IMG/VR virus record: IMGVR_UViG_3300010342_001192
Span: 1 to 24,830 of that record
DNA length: 24,830 bases
Reading direction: 5' to 3' (one strand)
Source: a virus
Under the pieces are notes generated by a model that worked only from the letters and a program-made list of their open reading frames with translations, did no database searches and was not told the origin of the DNA. The translations under genes were made by a program, and so were the position numbers. Below, piece by piece: positions 1-8,539 of the stretch; position 1 is the stretch's first letter; each line of letters opens with the position of its first letter.

Positions 1-2022
1 AAATTTATAATTCTGAAAACTTAAAAGGGGAACTCCATAATTTACATCAAATTCATAAAGCAAAATAGAATTTGTATCTGGAACAAGATTAACATAGGAA
101 TTAAATTGGTAAATATCTAATCCGGATGAACTTTCCATCCAATAATATCCTAAACCCGATGGGTCAGGATAAATTTCATAAGCTTTGGAGGAGGTCCAAT
201 CATCATTAGAAGGATCTCTTAAAATAGCGTTTTCAAGAAGAATATTCAAATTTGTTGAAACATCATAAAATTGGGAAGATGAATCCAAAATATCATAAAA
301 ACGTAGATCGTTTTCATAAACAAATAATGGCTTCGATACTAATTTGTCTATTATTGTTCCAGCATCAGTTTTTTGTACAGAAGCTCTCCATTGAATATCG
401 AATAGATCAATGAAAGGAAATTGGAATGTCGAGCCTACGAGAACTGTAGATGGGTCATACCAGTATAAAGAGGCATCTGCCAAGGAAAATTGTCCGTTTG
501 AAGGATCCCAACAATATTTCAATAAATCTTTGAACCTTACTTGTAATGCTTCAATTGGCATTTTTTGAAGTTCCTCTAAGGTTAATCTAATACTTGCATC
601 ACCTTGAATTAATTCCGAACTTTCGTCAAGAGTGTCCGGAGAAATAGATTGCTCAAAAATAGCTTCAGACCCTATTGTATTAGTTCCATAAACAACATTT
701 CTAAATCTTTCAAAATAAACTCCTTCACCAGTTATATCTGTAATCCTGGTATTTACTCCAATGATCCATCTTTCAAGCCATTGCTTAAGAGCATATAATT
801 TAACAAAAATCTCATTAATATTGTAATTATAACATTCTTCAACAATAGGATTACCCCATTGATCAATTTGACCAGTTTCCCGGGTCAAACAATAAACAAG
901 GGACAGCTGATTTAATTTCTTTAAATTTCTTCTTTCGTCTGGTGAAAAATAAAGAAGGGTCTTTGTTCTATCTGCAGCATCATAGGGAACTGTAAGAGAA
1001 AGTTTCTGCCCATCTTTTACATTCTTAAACCATTCTTTTACTTGAATATCCTCATATCCAAGCCACTTTATTGCATTGATAAGACCTTTATAAGTTCCTA
1101 TATAAGGCATAATTTTATCATGTTCTAATATGATATGCTTTGCCTTATAATTTAAAAGTTGCCAATCAGGAAGGTCTTCATTAATATCTGCTTCTTTAAA
1201 GAGTGTATGATTAGCTTTAGGACTTGGTAAACCAAAGTTAGTTATAAGTGTATCAAACCTTTCATCCGGTCCAACAGATTCCGCATTAACTAGGATTTCA
1301 TAAATGAGATATTCTGCATTACCTACTTTATGAAATACTCTAAGTCTTCTTTCAAAAACCCCTTCAGTTTCCGCACGGAATCCAATATTAATCATTAATC
1401 CCGTTTTTTCTGCATATTCCGTTGTATCAATTATTACTTCATCAGTCCATTCTACGAGTTGATTTTCTTCATCTATTTCAAAAAGTTTAATCTCAGAATC
1501 TCCATCAGTAAATCTAAAGATCAAATAAGGATTAATTGGATCATAAGGTCTAATTAAAACTCCTGTTGATGATTCTTCAATAATCGTTAAATGCTCTGTT
1601 TCTACAAGACCTTGAGAAATAGGTTGTAAAAATACAGCCGAACTATAAGTAATTGCAGGATAAAGGAAAGAAACGTCTGGTGTTAAAGAGATAACTACGC
1701 TTTCAATCGATTGAGAATTTACAGGAGCCGGATTAAAAATGGAAACATCTTTGAATCCTATAGAAACTTCAGAAGGAGTTAAGACCTGTGAATATCCGCC
1801 AAAAGAAAAATCTAATTTAACCTGTGTATTTGAAGGATATTCCCATCCTCCATTTGTAACTTCGACATCTATAATATAATTACTAGGATTTGTAACAGCA
1901 AAAGCAGCTGCGCCGGTAGCATCAAGATTATCGGCAATAAATGTAAGAGGTAAGTAAGTGTCTGCGTATGAGTTTAAAAAACTTCCGCTTTTATTAAATA
2001 TTTTCCAATTCTGCTGATTCAT
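1..2022 (-). CDS. Large virion structural protein, probably baseplate wedge/tail (3' end runs off the window; absent from the supplied ORF track)
   Basis: Hand translation from ATG at 2022 (MNQQNWKIFNKSGSF...) of the first ~135 codons, a block near 1081-1140 and the last ~220 codons to base 1 is stop-free and all in one frame (674 codons). Contains IGTYKGL, resembling the KGT..gl motif of baseplate wedge/tail-I proteins, and lies downstream of gp25- and gp6-like genes in the same operon. Confidence 0.6.
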   Translation of the reverse strand, partial: MNQQNWKIFNKSGSFLNSYADTYLPLTFIADNLDATGAAAFAVTNPSNYIIDVEVTNGGWEYPSNTQVKLDFSFGGYSQVLTPSEVSIGFKDVSIFNPAPVNSQSIESVVISLTPDVSFLYPAITYSSAVFLQPISQGLVETEHLTIIEESSTGVLIRPYDPINPYLIFRFTDGDSEIKLFEIDEENQLVEWTDEVIIDTTEYAEKTGLMINIGFRAETEGVFERRLRVFHKVGNAEYLIYEILVNAESVGPDERFDTLITNFGLPSPKANHTLFKEADINEDLPDWQLLNYKAKHIILEHDKIMPYIGTYKGLINAIKWLGYEDIQVKEWFKNVKDGQKLSLTVPYDAADRTKTLLYFSPDERRNLKKLNQLSLVYCLTRETGQIDQWGNPIVEECYNYNINEIFVKLYALKQWLERWIIGVNTRITDITGEGVYFERFRNVVYGTNTIGSEAIFEQSISPDTLDESSELIQGDASIRLTLEELQKMPIEALQVRFKDLLKYCWDPSNGQFSLADASLYWYDPSTVLVGSTFQFPFIDLFDIQWRASVQKTDAGTIIDKLVSKPLFVYENDLRFYDILDSSSQFYDVSTNLNILLENAILRDPSNDDWTSSKAYEIYPDPSGLGYYWMESSSGLDIYQFNSYVNLVPDTNSILLYEFDVNYGVPLLSFQNYKF

Positions 2023-2028
2023 GAATCC

Positions 2029-2325
2029 TTAATTAATATTGGTATCCTCTTTTCCATGAGCAATACTCATAGTTTTCTTAATATATTTAACCTGTTCCAA
2101 AATAAATGTCAATATAGCTTCAATTTGAGCAAATAGGGGTTTTTGAATAGGGTTTGCCCATAATTCGGAGGAGGTTGTTTTTGATAATATTTTTCCTCTA
2201 TAATCATATCCCAGGTTGGTATAATTATCTGATAAGTGTTTTGCCGAAGCAAAATAAGGAGTTCTTACTTTAGACCTTTGACTCTTACTACTTACTGCAT
2301 TTTGTTTTTGAGTTGCTGTTGCCAT
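2029..2325 (-). CDS. Hypothetical protein in baseplate operon (98 aa)
   Basis: Coupled to the gp6-like gene by a TAATG overlap at 2325 and followed 6 nt later by the next structural gene; no motif recognised. Confidence 0.6.
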   Translation of the reverse strand: MATATQKQNAVSSKSQRSKVRTPYFASAKHLSDNYTNLGYDYRGKILSKTTSSELWANPIQKPLFAQIEAILTFILEQVKYIKKTMSIAHGKEDTNIN

Positions 2326-4220
2326 TATAAGTTAGAAACAATATTTTTGTTTTGATTACTGTTAAAGTTAACTGGGGTAATTCCTCTCAATTGAATATTT
2401 ACAGTTGAAAGCCTATCTTTTGCAACTGAATCATCATAAGTAATTCCAAGTTGACTTTCGAATCCTCCTCTAATAAGAGGATATATGTCCTTGACAGTTA
2501 CTCTATTTCCAAATGCGTCTAATACAAATCTTTCGAGAATAATATCGCCATAATCATCAAGGCCATATCCATTTCCATAAATTGTAAAATTGTTTTTGTC
2601 TGCATCAAACCAGACAGATACAGAGTCTACTCCATCAATGCCTTCAATTATTCTAACTAAATCTGATTGAGGGATTCTATCTCTTCTGGTATTCTTTAAG
2701 AAATAATCAGAGGTTTTTGAAATAATTTGTTCCCTGATATTGTTAAGATCATAACCCTCATAGATAACTAAGGCAACATTTAGAACGAATTTAGGATATC
2801 GAAGAGTCATAATAGCATTATCTACGGTAAGTATCCTTTGCCCGCTTTCTTCAATCAAATCTAAAATTCCTCTTTTTTCAAGATCAGTTAATTGGAATGA
2901 ATCTAATCCACAAGTAAAATAATTCTGATTTGCTGGGATCCTTTGATTAACATCTGGAACTAAATAAAGATAAACAGTGTTATCGTCTTTTTTCTGCTCT
3001 TCAACTTGGCTTTGCCAATAATAAAGTTGGGTTTGAGCATTATCTAATTCGGTTTTCTTAGCAAGCGATTGAGAAGCCGAAGCCCCCACTGTTGCTAACA
3101 AAGTTCTGTATTGTTCGCTTATATTTTCGTAAGTAGTTTTGGCTACATTATACTTATCAATTGTGTATTTGTCCTCGAATGTTGCAAATCCGGGAATAGC
3201 ATCAACAATAGTAAACATATTCAATTTACGTAAAAAATAAATGTAATTATCAGTATTAGCTAAAACAAAACTTCTTGACATGTGAGGAGCAAGTAATCTA
3301 GTAAGATATACAGGTTCCTCATTAGCTCCAAATAAAACATCCTTTTGAATAGAAACTCTAAGAATCTTATTAAGATCTATCTCCTGACTATTAATAGAAT
3401 ACCCCTTTCCTTCAAATTTCCAGTTGGCTGTCGTTTTAGCTTCTGCCGTTCTAATATTTCCTGCATCCCCATCAGTTAACAAATATTCTACAAGGATCGT
3501 TGATCCAAGAGGGGGAACAGAACCGTTATAACCATTCCCAAAGAAGACATCAATACCTCCGGTTTGTCCTGTTTTAACTATAACAGATTCTTCATTAAAA
3601 TTCATATCAAGAATAGATTCCCTCTTTGCCCATTTTTTACCATTAACATAAATATTAACAAAAAAATTATCTATAATGGATCCTTTTTTAGCTTGGAAGT
3701 TAAATGATTGTAGAGGATCACCGGTTCCCGTTGATTGTTGATATTCTAATTTACCTTGAACAATATTTACATCAACATAATTTGTTACAGAACCAAGATC
3801 TAGTCTAACTTCATTTCCGGGTAATACAATAGTATAAGTTAGACCATTATAAGTTGAAATAATTCTAGTATAATTTGGAATAACTGCGGTGTTCCCATAA
3901 ATATCTAATTTCTGCCCATTATAGAATAATCTTAGAGTCCCCCTAGCAGCTACACCTCTGGATGAATTGTGACCTGTTAAGGCTGCAAGACCCTTTACAC
4001 TCTGAGATCTAGAAGCCGTGTTGATATTTAATTCCGTTATAGAGTCCTCAATATAATATAGGATTGTTCTACCAAGATTAAGAATAACCTGAAGAAGCTG
4101 ACCCATAGGAGATGCCATGGTAAAATATTGTCCAGCATCTTCGTATGTTTGTTTTATAAAGTTAATTGAATCCTGATATAATTCGGATAATCGGATTCGG
4201 GCAGTTTTAATTATACTCAT
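2325..4220 (-). CDS. Baseplate wedge subunit, T4 gp6-like / baseplate J-like (631 aa)
   Basis: N-terminal pattern (SPMGQLLQVILNL...YIEDSITELNINTA...SVKGLAALTGHN..R..AA.G.L) typical of gp6-like wedge proteins; size fits and a gp25-like gene lies nearby. Confidence 0.7.
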   Translation of the reverse strand: MSIIKTARIRLSELYQDSINFIKQTYEDAGQYFTMASPMGQLLQVILNLGRTILYYIEDSITELNINTASRSQSVKGLAALTGHNSSRGVAARGTLRLFYNGQKLDIYGNTAVIPNYTRIISTYNGLTYTIVLPGNEVRLDLGSVTNYVDVNIVQGKLEYQQSTGTGDPLQSFNFQAKKGSIIDNFFVNIYVNGKKWAKRESILDMNFNEESVIVKTGQTGGIDVFFGNGYNGSVPPLGSTILVEYLLTDGDAGNIRTAEAKTTANWKFEGKGYSINSQEIDLNKILRVSIQKDVLFGANEEPVYLTRLLAPHMSRSFVLANTDNYIYFLRKLNMFTIVDAIPGFATFEDKYTIDKYNVAKTTYENISEQYRTLLATVGASASQSLAKKTELDNAQTQLYYWQSQVEEQKKDDNTVYLYLVPDVNQRIPANQNYFTCGLDSFQLTDLEKRGILDLIEESGQRILTVDNAIMTLRYPKFVLNVALVIYEGYDLNNIREQIISKTSDYFLKNTRRDRIPQSDLVRIIEGIDGVDSVSVWFDADKNNFTIYGNGYGLDDYGDIILERFVLDAFGNRVTVKDIYPLIRGGFESQLGITYDDSVAKDRLSTVNIQLRGITPVNFNSNQNKNIVSNL

Positions 4221-4678
4221 AGTATTTTACTATATTTTTCTCGATTCTTTTTTAAATTTTTTAACCAATCCTGAATTTCTTCAGTATAAATTAATTTTGT
4301 ATCCCAGGACAAATGCCATTGTGGTCTATTCTCAATAGCTAAATCTGTTAGAATTTGAATAAGCTTTTTTCCATCATCTTCAGATAAACATTCAAATTTA
4401 ACTGCATTGCCTTCCAGTACTCGAACAACTTTAACATAGAAATGATTCCATTTAGATATGGAAATATCTTCGGGGTTTACCCCTGCACTCATAAGAAGTT
4501 CTACGGTCTTTGCTATATTTTCAATATGTAGATTTACCTTTTTATCTTCTTCTCCTGATTGATCCCATGTAGTGTCAAATTCGACTCCTTTTTGTTCAAG
4601 GGATTTTCGAATACCTATCTGAAGAGCATCTTTTGGATCTTTTCCTCTTTCAAAATTAATATTTTCTCTAACTAACAT
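4217..4678 (-). CDS. Hypothetical protein carrying the FxRGxDP..IG tag (long class, MLVRE-NINFERGKDPKDALQIG)
   Basis: 153 aa ORF coupled on both sides (TAATG at 4678, ATGA at 4217-4220); tag at 4613-4654. Confidence 0.8.
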   Translation of the reverse strand: MLVRENINFERGKDPKDALQIGIRKSLEQKGVEFDTTWDQSGEEDKKVNLHIENIAKTVELLMSAGVNPEDISISKWNHFYVKVVRVLEGNAVKFECLSEDDGKKLIQILTDLAIENRPQWHLSWDTKLIYTEEIQDWLKNLKKNREKYSKIL

Positions 4679-5040
4679 TATTTAACTAATACTCCTATTG
4701 CTTTTTCATCATTGATATAAAAATCAATAACGCAGAAATCAAATCCATCTGCTTTACCAAATGAAACTGAAGGTTCTATTTTAAATTTGCTGGATTCAGA
4801 AATATACTGTTGAACTTGTTTTTTGATTTTCTCTTCCAATTCAAGTTTGTTTATTCTTGTCTCGAAGATAAGATCCTCAATTCCTACTCCAAAATTAAGA
4901 TCCCCTAAGACTTGTCCTTGTGTAGTTCCTAGAATCATTCTTATCTTTGAAATAATACTTTCTATCGGATCAGAATGTTCAAAAACCCCATAACGATAAT
5001 TTGGGTCCTCGGGGTTTCTGATGTATATTTCTTTAACCAT
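4678..5040 (-). CDS. Baseplate protein, GPW/gp25-like (120 aa)
   Basis: Motif SIISKIRMILGTTQGQVLGDLNFGVGIEDLIFE matches the gp25 pattern (T.kGE..g.p.FG..l..llFE); size and position upstream of gp6-like gene. Confidence 0.75.
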   Translation of the reverse strand: MVKEIYIRNPEDPNYRYGVFEHSDPIESIISKIRMILGTTQGQVLGDLNFGVGIEDLIFETRINKLELEEKIKKQVQQYISESSKFKIEPSVSFGKADGFDFCVIDFYINDEKAIGVLVK

Positions 5041-5045
5041 TCTAG

Positions 5046-5061
5046 TTTTTATTTATATATC
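5046..5061 (-). promoter_or_regulatory. T4-like late promoter GATATATAAATAAAAA
   Basis: Contains TATAAATA 9 nt upstream of the gp25-like ATG; identical 16-mer at 23285-23300 upstream of a structural gene. Confidence 0.7.
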
Positions 5062-5082
5062 TTTACCCTACGAAAAGACCAC

Positions 5083-5103
5083 AAAAAAAGCCCCGAAGGG
5101 GCT
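5083..5103 (-). terminator. Rho-independent terminator
   Basis: Minus strand AGCCCC-TTC-GGGGCT followed by a T run, just downstream of the 5125-5736 ORF. Confidence 0.8.
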
Positions 5104-5124
5104 GAGACAATAAAAAATCATATT

Positions 5125-5736
5125 TTATAAATTATTTGCCATAAAATGCTTCCCCTCATAAACCTGATGAATTTTTGAAGGAATATTGCTATTCTCCTTA
5201 AGATCTGCAAATTTCATCCCTACAAGTTTGTCCTGAAGATTAAGGCCTGGATTCTTCTTCTTAGCGTTATTGATATAAGCAGAATAATAAGGAATAAGCT
5301 TGTCATAATCGTTTTTGTCATAAAGGAGACGATTACTTTCTCCAATGCAAATATTATCGGTATCCTTATATCTTTGAACCGTAACAAATCCAGTTTCTGC
5401 AGGAAGCTGTTTACTCCATTTTTTGGAAAATTCGCCTTTTAGAATACCTTTAGAAAATAGGATCTTAAGAATGTCATGATGAATTTTTTCAGAGAAATTT
5501 TCCATATAAATGTCACCATCTTTGGAAATAACTCCTCTGATATTAGGACCTAAAGAAGAAATAGAAGCAGGGTTTTTAATGAGAGCCCATTTACCATCCC
5601 TTGCAATAATATCTTCAGATGAAATGGATGCTTGCTTTTCGCTTCTATCGGTTTCATCGAGGATGCCAAACATTCTTTCGGCTGCTTTATCAGCTACACC
5701 TTCTTGAATAACATCTATGACTTTTTTAGCTTTCAT
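5125..5736 (-). CDS. Hypothetical protein, possible virion-internal protein (203 aa)
   Basis: Monocistronic ORF flanked by a late-promoter-like motif and a terminator; N-terminus MKAKKVIDVIQE-G resembles a Glu-cleaved propeptide. Confidence 0.7.
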   Translation of the reverse strand: MKAKKVIDVIQEGVADKAAERMFGILDETDRSEKQASISSEDIIARDGKWALIKNPASISSLGPNIRGVISKDGDIYMENFSEKIHHDILKILFSKGILKGEFSKKWSKQLPAETGFVTVQRYKDTDNICIGESNRLLYDKNDYDKLIPYYSAYINNAKKKNPGLNLQDKLVGMKFADLKENSNIPSKIHQVYEGKHFMANNL

Positions 5737-5790
5737 GGAGTAAATGTACTAATTTTTTCCTTAGAAAAAAAATTTCCTAAGTTATTTTTA

Positions 5791-5798
5791 TATTTATC
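5791..5798 (-). promoter_or_regulatory. Late-promoter variant GATAAATA
   Basis: One mismatch to TATAAATA, immediately after the Hsp20 terminator; the same octamer occurs at 13542 and 21922. Confidence 0.4.
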
Positions 5799-5800
5799 AC

Positions 5801-5827
5801 AAAAAAAGAGCCATTAGGCTCTTTTTT
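5801..5827 (-). terminator. Rho-independent terminator after hsp20 (symmetrical)
   Basis: AAAAAAAGAGCC-ATTA-GGCTCTTTTTT inverted repeat abutting the hsp20 stop. Confidence 0.8.
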
Positions 5828-6236
5828 ATTGAATTGCTATTCTTTTTTGTGTTTTAGATTCTTGAGATTTAAATTTAATTTCCAAAATTCCATCTTGTAA
5901 TTTAGCTTCGACCGATTTAGAATCTATTCCAAATTTTCTCATTTTATAAGAGAATTTCTTTTCACCGATCCTTTTCTTTAGCTCCTCATTTTTGAGCTCC
6001 CCTTCTATAGTTATTCCCGTTGCATCAATATCTATTTGGATATCCTCTTTAGAAAAACCTGGGGCCTGGACAGTAATTATCATTTGCTTATTTTCTTCAT
6101 CGAAAAAATAATGAGCAGGCTCTGCGGAATAATCCCAGTCAATTTTTTTCAGCCAATTATTATTAAAAAAATCATTAAAGAAAAAATCATCAAATAGGCT
6201 AATGCCCTGATTTCTTAAAGCTAATTTATTTTCCAT
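5826..6236 (-). CDS. Small heat-shock protein, Hsp20/alpha-crystallin family (136 aa)
   Basis: FDDFFFNDFF N-terminus; alpha-crystallin signatures APGFSKEDIQIDID..GITIEGE and VEAKLQDGILEIKF; C-terminal I-x-I motif (KRIAIQ). Confidence 0.9.
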   Translation of the reverse strand: MENKLALRNQGISLFDDFFFNDFFNNNWLKKIDWDYSAEPAHYFFDEENKQMIITVQAPGFSKEDIQIDIDATGITIEGELKNEELKKRIGEKKFSYKMRKFGIDSKSVEAKLQDGILEIKFKSQESKTQKRIAIQ

Positions 6237-6291
6237 AATTTTATAATTTTAAGTTATTTTTAATTTTTCATACACATATTTTCAAAAAATA

Positions 6292-6375
6292 TGCCATTGA
6301 AAAAATATGACAAAATGGCAATAAATCAAAAAAATTTTGACAATTTGACAAAAGAATATATAAAGAAAATGTCAA
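6292..6375. promoter_or_regulatory. Array of TG(A/C)CA / TG(G/T)CA pentamers in the divergent hsp20-lysozyme intergenic region
   Basis: TGCCATT (6292-6298) is inverted with AATGGCA (6314-6320); TGACA at 6308, 6338 and 6346; TTGACA (6345-6350) is inverted with TGTCAA (6370-6375). Confidence 0.35.
6354..6369 (+). promoter_or_regulatory. Late-promoter-like GAATATATAAAGAAAA
   Basis: Resembles the GATATATAAATAAAAA element; ends 9 nt before the lysozyme ATG. Confidence 0.35.
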
Positions 6376-6378
6376 TTA

Positions 6379-7197
6379 ATGATTATTTACGAGTCTGTAT
6401 ATCCTTTTTTAAATGAAGAGTTTCTAGCATCCGAGATTCTAAATGAAAAATTCGACATCAATAGTATAAAAAATGTTGCTAAGAAAGCTGCTATTCTTGC
6501 ATATATGTTTCTAATGACAGCTTCTAATAAAGGATATAAGGATTTACCCAGCAAAGAAGAAGTTAAGAATTCCAAACCCCTTATCTATTTAGCAAATCAA
6601 GATCATATTTCAAAAAAAGAGGTGGATGAGGAATTCAATAAATTATTCAAAAAATATTTTTATCCTTGGAGTGAGCCTCGATTAAATTATGATATTCTCC
6701 AAGATCCATTTCAATTATCTACAAGTCCTGAAGGAATGGAATTTATTAAAGAACATGAAAAATTAAAGCTAGAAGCTTATGAAATTGGGGATGGAATGGT
6801 TACCATTGGATATGGGCATGCCGAACCAATCCAAACTTCCAGGTTTAAAAAAGGAGATAAAATTACCATAGAGGAAGCGAACAAACTTTTTATGGAAGAT
6901 CTTAAAAAAGCAGAAGATGGGTTAAGAAGATTATTTACTATGTGGAATGACCAAGGAATAAATGTTATGATTTCCCAGCACATGTGGGATTCCATGGTTT
7001 CTATGGCTTATAATATGGGGGTTGGCGGATTAAGATCCACAGATTTTGTTTTATCTCTTAAAGATCAAAATTATATAGAAGCTGCAGATAGCATATTATC
7101 TTCTGGAGTTAAAAAAGCGGATAAATTTCCGGGATTAATAAATAGAAGAGAAGCAGAAAAAGAGTTATTTCTTAAAAATCTTTTACCAATAACTTAG
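6379..7197 (+). CDS. GH24 (phage lysozyme) muramidase with about 110 aa N-terminal extension
   Basis: HEKLKLEAYEIGDGMVTIGYGH catalytic region, MVSMAYNMGVGG and GLINRREAEKELF C-terminal motif of GH24 lysozymes. Confidence 0.85.
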   Translation: MIIYESVYPFLNEEFLASEILNEKFDINSIKNVAKKAAILAYMFLMTASNKGYKDLPSKEEVKNSKPLIYLANQDHISKKEVDEEFNKLFKKYFYPWSEPRLNYDILQDPFQLSTSPEGMEFIKEHEKLKLEAYEIGDGMVTIGYGHAEPIQTSRFKKGDKITIEEANKLFMEDLKKAEDGLRRLFTMWNDQGINVMISQHMWDSMVSMAYNMGVGGLRSTDFVLSLKDQNYIEAADSILSSGVKKADKFPGLINRREAEKELFLKNLLPIT

Positions 7198-7475
7198 ATC
7201 CATTCCCCTTCAAGACTAGGATCCTGGGCATCCAAAGCCATATCTCTGGTGACCTGAATTCTGTTATAATAAGGGTCGTTAATGCAGCAATCCCCATGAA
7301 GTAATTCTGTTTTTGAATCTCCTATTTCATCAATAATAGATGTAACCCTTTTAAATTCTTCTCCAGTAAGAGGAACTCCATTCTCATCAGTGGGTGTTCC
7401 GCAATGACCGCATCGATAAATTTTAATACCAATGCCCATAGCTTTTAGTGGATCCTGTCCTCTTTCAAAATTCAT
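7194..7475 (-). CDS. Tagged small protein (short class) with Cys cluster, possible metal binder (93 aa)
   Basis: MNFERGQDPLKAMGIG; CGHC and a distal GDCC. Confidence 0.75.
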   Translation of the reverse strand: MNFERGQDPLKAMGIGIKIYRCGHCGTPTDENGVPLTGEEFKRVTSIIDEIGDSKTELLHGDCCINDPYYNRIQVTRDMALDAQDPSLEGEWI

Positions 7476-7749
7476 TGTTTATCGGATAAATAAAATCTGA
7501 AAAATCCTCGGGTTTCTCTTCTCCTGGGAATTTTATTTTAAAATAAAGCCCTTCCCTATCCATGGTAACCTCTATCTTTAATTCTAATCCTACCTCTTCA
7601 TTGAAGGAACGCATAATTCTTTCTCTCACCGATGGATAAATCATTACAGTTCTATTTTCATCGACGAGTTTTAGAAGAACCTCGGATGCTTTTTTTCTGA
7701 TCCCTATCCCCATTATTTTTTTCGGATTCTGTCCTCTTTCAAAATTCAT
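7465..7749 (-). CDS. Tagged small protein (short class, 94 aa)
   Basis: MNFERGQNPKKIMGIG; ATGA coupling upstream; its stop lies inside the next gene's tag. Confidence 0.75.
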   Translation of the reverse strand: MNFERGQNPKKIMGIGIRKKASEVLLKLVDENRTVMIYPSVRERIMRSFNEEVGLELKIEVTMDREGLYFKIKFPGEEKPEDFSDFIYPINNEF

Positions 7750-8111
7750 CTTATGAAATATTTTTTGCCTTCATATAAAACATAAGAGCCAAATATTTCT
7801 GAAAAACGAATGGATTCTACCCCTTTAATAATTCCATCCGTAATAATAAATTTTCCTTTATCCGTTTCATTTATAATTTTTCCCACTCCATAATATTCTT
7901 TTAAAAAAGGAGTTAATCCCTTGGAATTTATAAATTCGAGAATCTTTTTAGCAGTTTTCTCTGCAAAAATTGTTTCTTCAAAATATCCTTCCCCGTCACC
8001 ATCCAAATTTACACAAGGTATAAAATGATAAACCCCAGAGATTTCAATAGGATTTTGACTTCTCCCTATTCCAATTCGATCAAATATTTCTCCTTCTCTT
8101 GTAAATTTCAT
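7746..8111 (-). CDS. Small protein with degenerate tag (121 aa)
   Basis: MKFTREGEIFDRIGIG keeps F, R and IG at tag spacing. Confidence 0.7.
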   Translation of the reverse strand: MKFTREGEIFDRIGIGRSQNPIEISGVYHFIPCVNLDGDGEGYFEETIFAEKTAKKILEFINSKGLTPFLKEYYGVGKIINETDKGKFIITDGIIKGVESIRFSEIFGSYVLYEGKKYFIR

Positions 8112-8117
8112 CGTATT

Positions 8118-8183
8118 TTAAAATCTATTTGAATTGATTCGATACTTTTCTTTACAGTAAACATTACCTCTTTCGAAATTCAT
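8118..8183 (-). pseudogene. 21-codon minigene or relic of a tagged gene (MNFERGNVYCKEKYRINSNRF*)
   Basis: Hand translation; ATGA-coupled to the upstream stop at 8180-8183, ends 6 nt before the next ATG; holds only the first half of the tag. Confidence 0.55.
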
Positions 8184-8539
8184 TTTGGTATTTTAAATGT
8201 AAATTCCTGTGGCTTAATATCATCACTCCAAATCTGAGCCATTATTCTAGGATAATAAATGTATTTTAAATATTTCCCTTTATATTGAGAAAGATCTTCA
8301 ACCATTTCTTGTCCTTTGATAACAACTTTAAAAAGATCCGAGCTAAGTTCCCCATCCTCTATCATTTGTAGCATATCTATAACTTCTTTTGGGTCTTCGA
8401 TAAATTGTGTTCGCTGATGTGTTCGCCAAATATAATCGTCGAACCTACTTATCTTAATAAGTGATTCAATGTACAAGGCTTTTGATATTTCCCCTATATT
8501 TAGGGATTTCTTAGGATCCAATCTTCTTTCAAAGTCCAT
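8180..8539 (-). CDS. Tagged small protein (short class, 119 aa; start reassigned from 8617 to 8539)
   Basis: MDFERRLDPKKSLNIG begins at Met27 of the track ORF; the longer start would overlap the upstream gene by 89 nt. Confidence 0.75.
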   Translation of the reverse strand: MDFERRLDPKKSLNIGEISKALYIESLIKISRFDDYIWRTHQRTQFIEDPKEVIDMLQMIEDGELSSDLFKVVIKGQEMVEDLSQYKGKYLKYIYYPRIMAQIWSDDIKPQEFTFKIPK

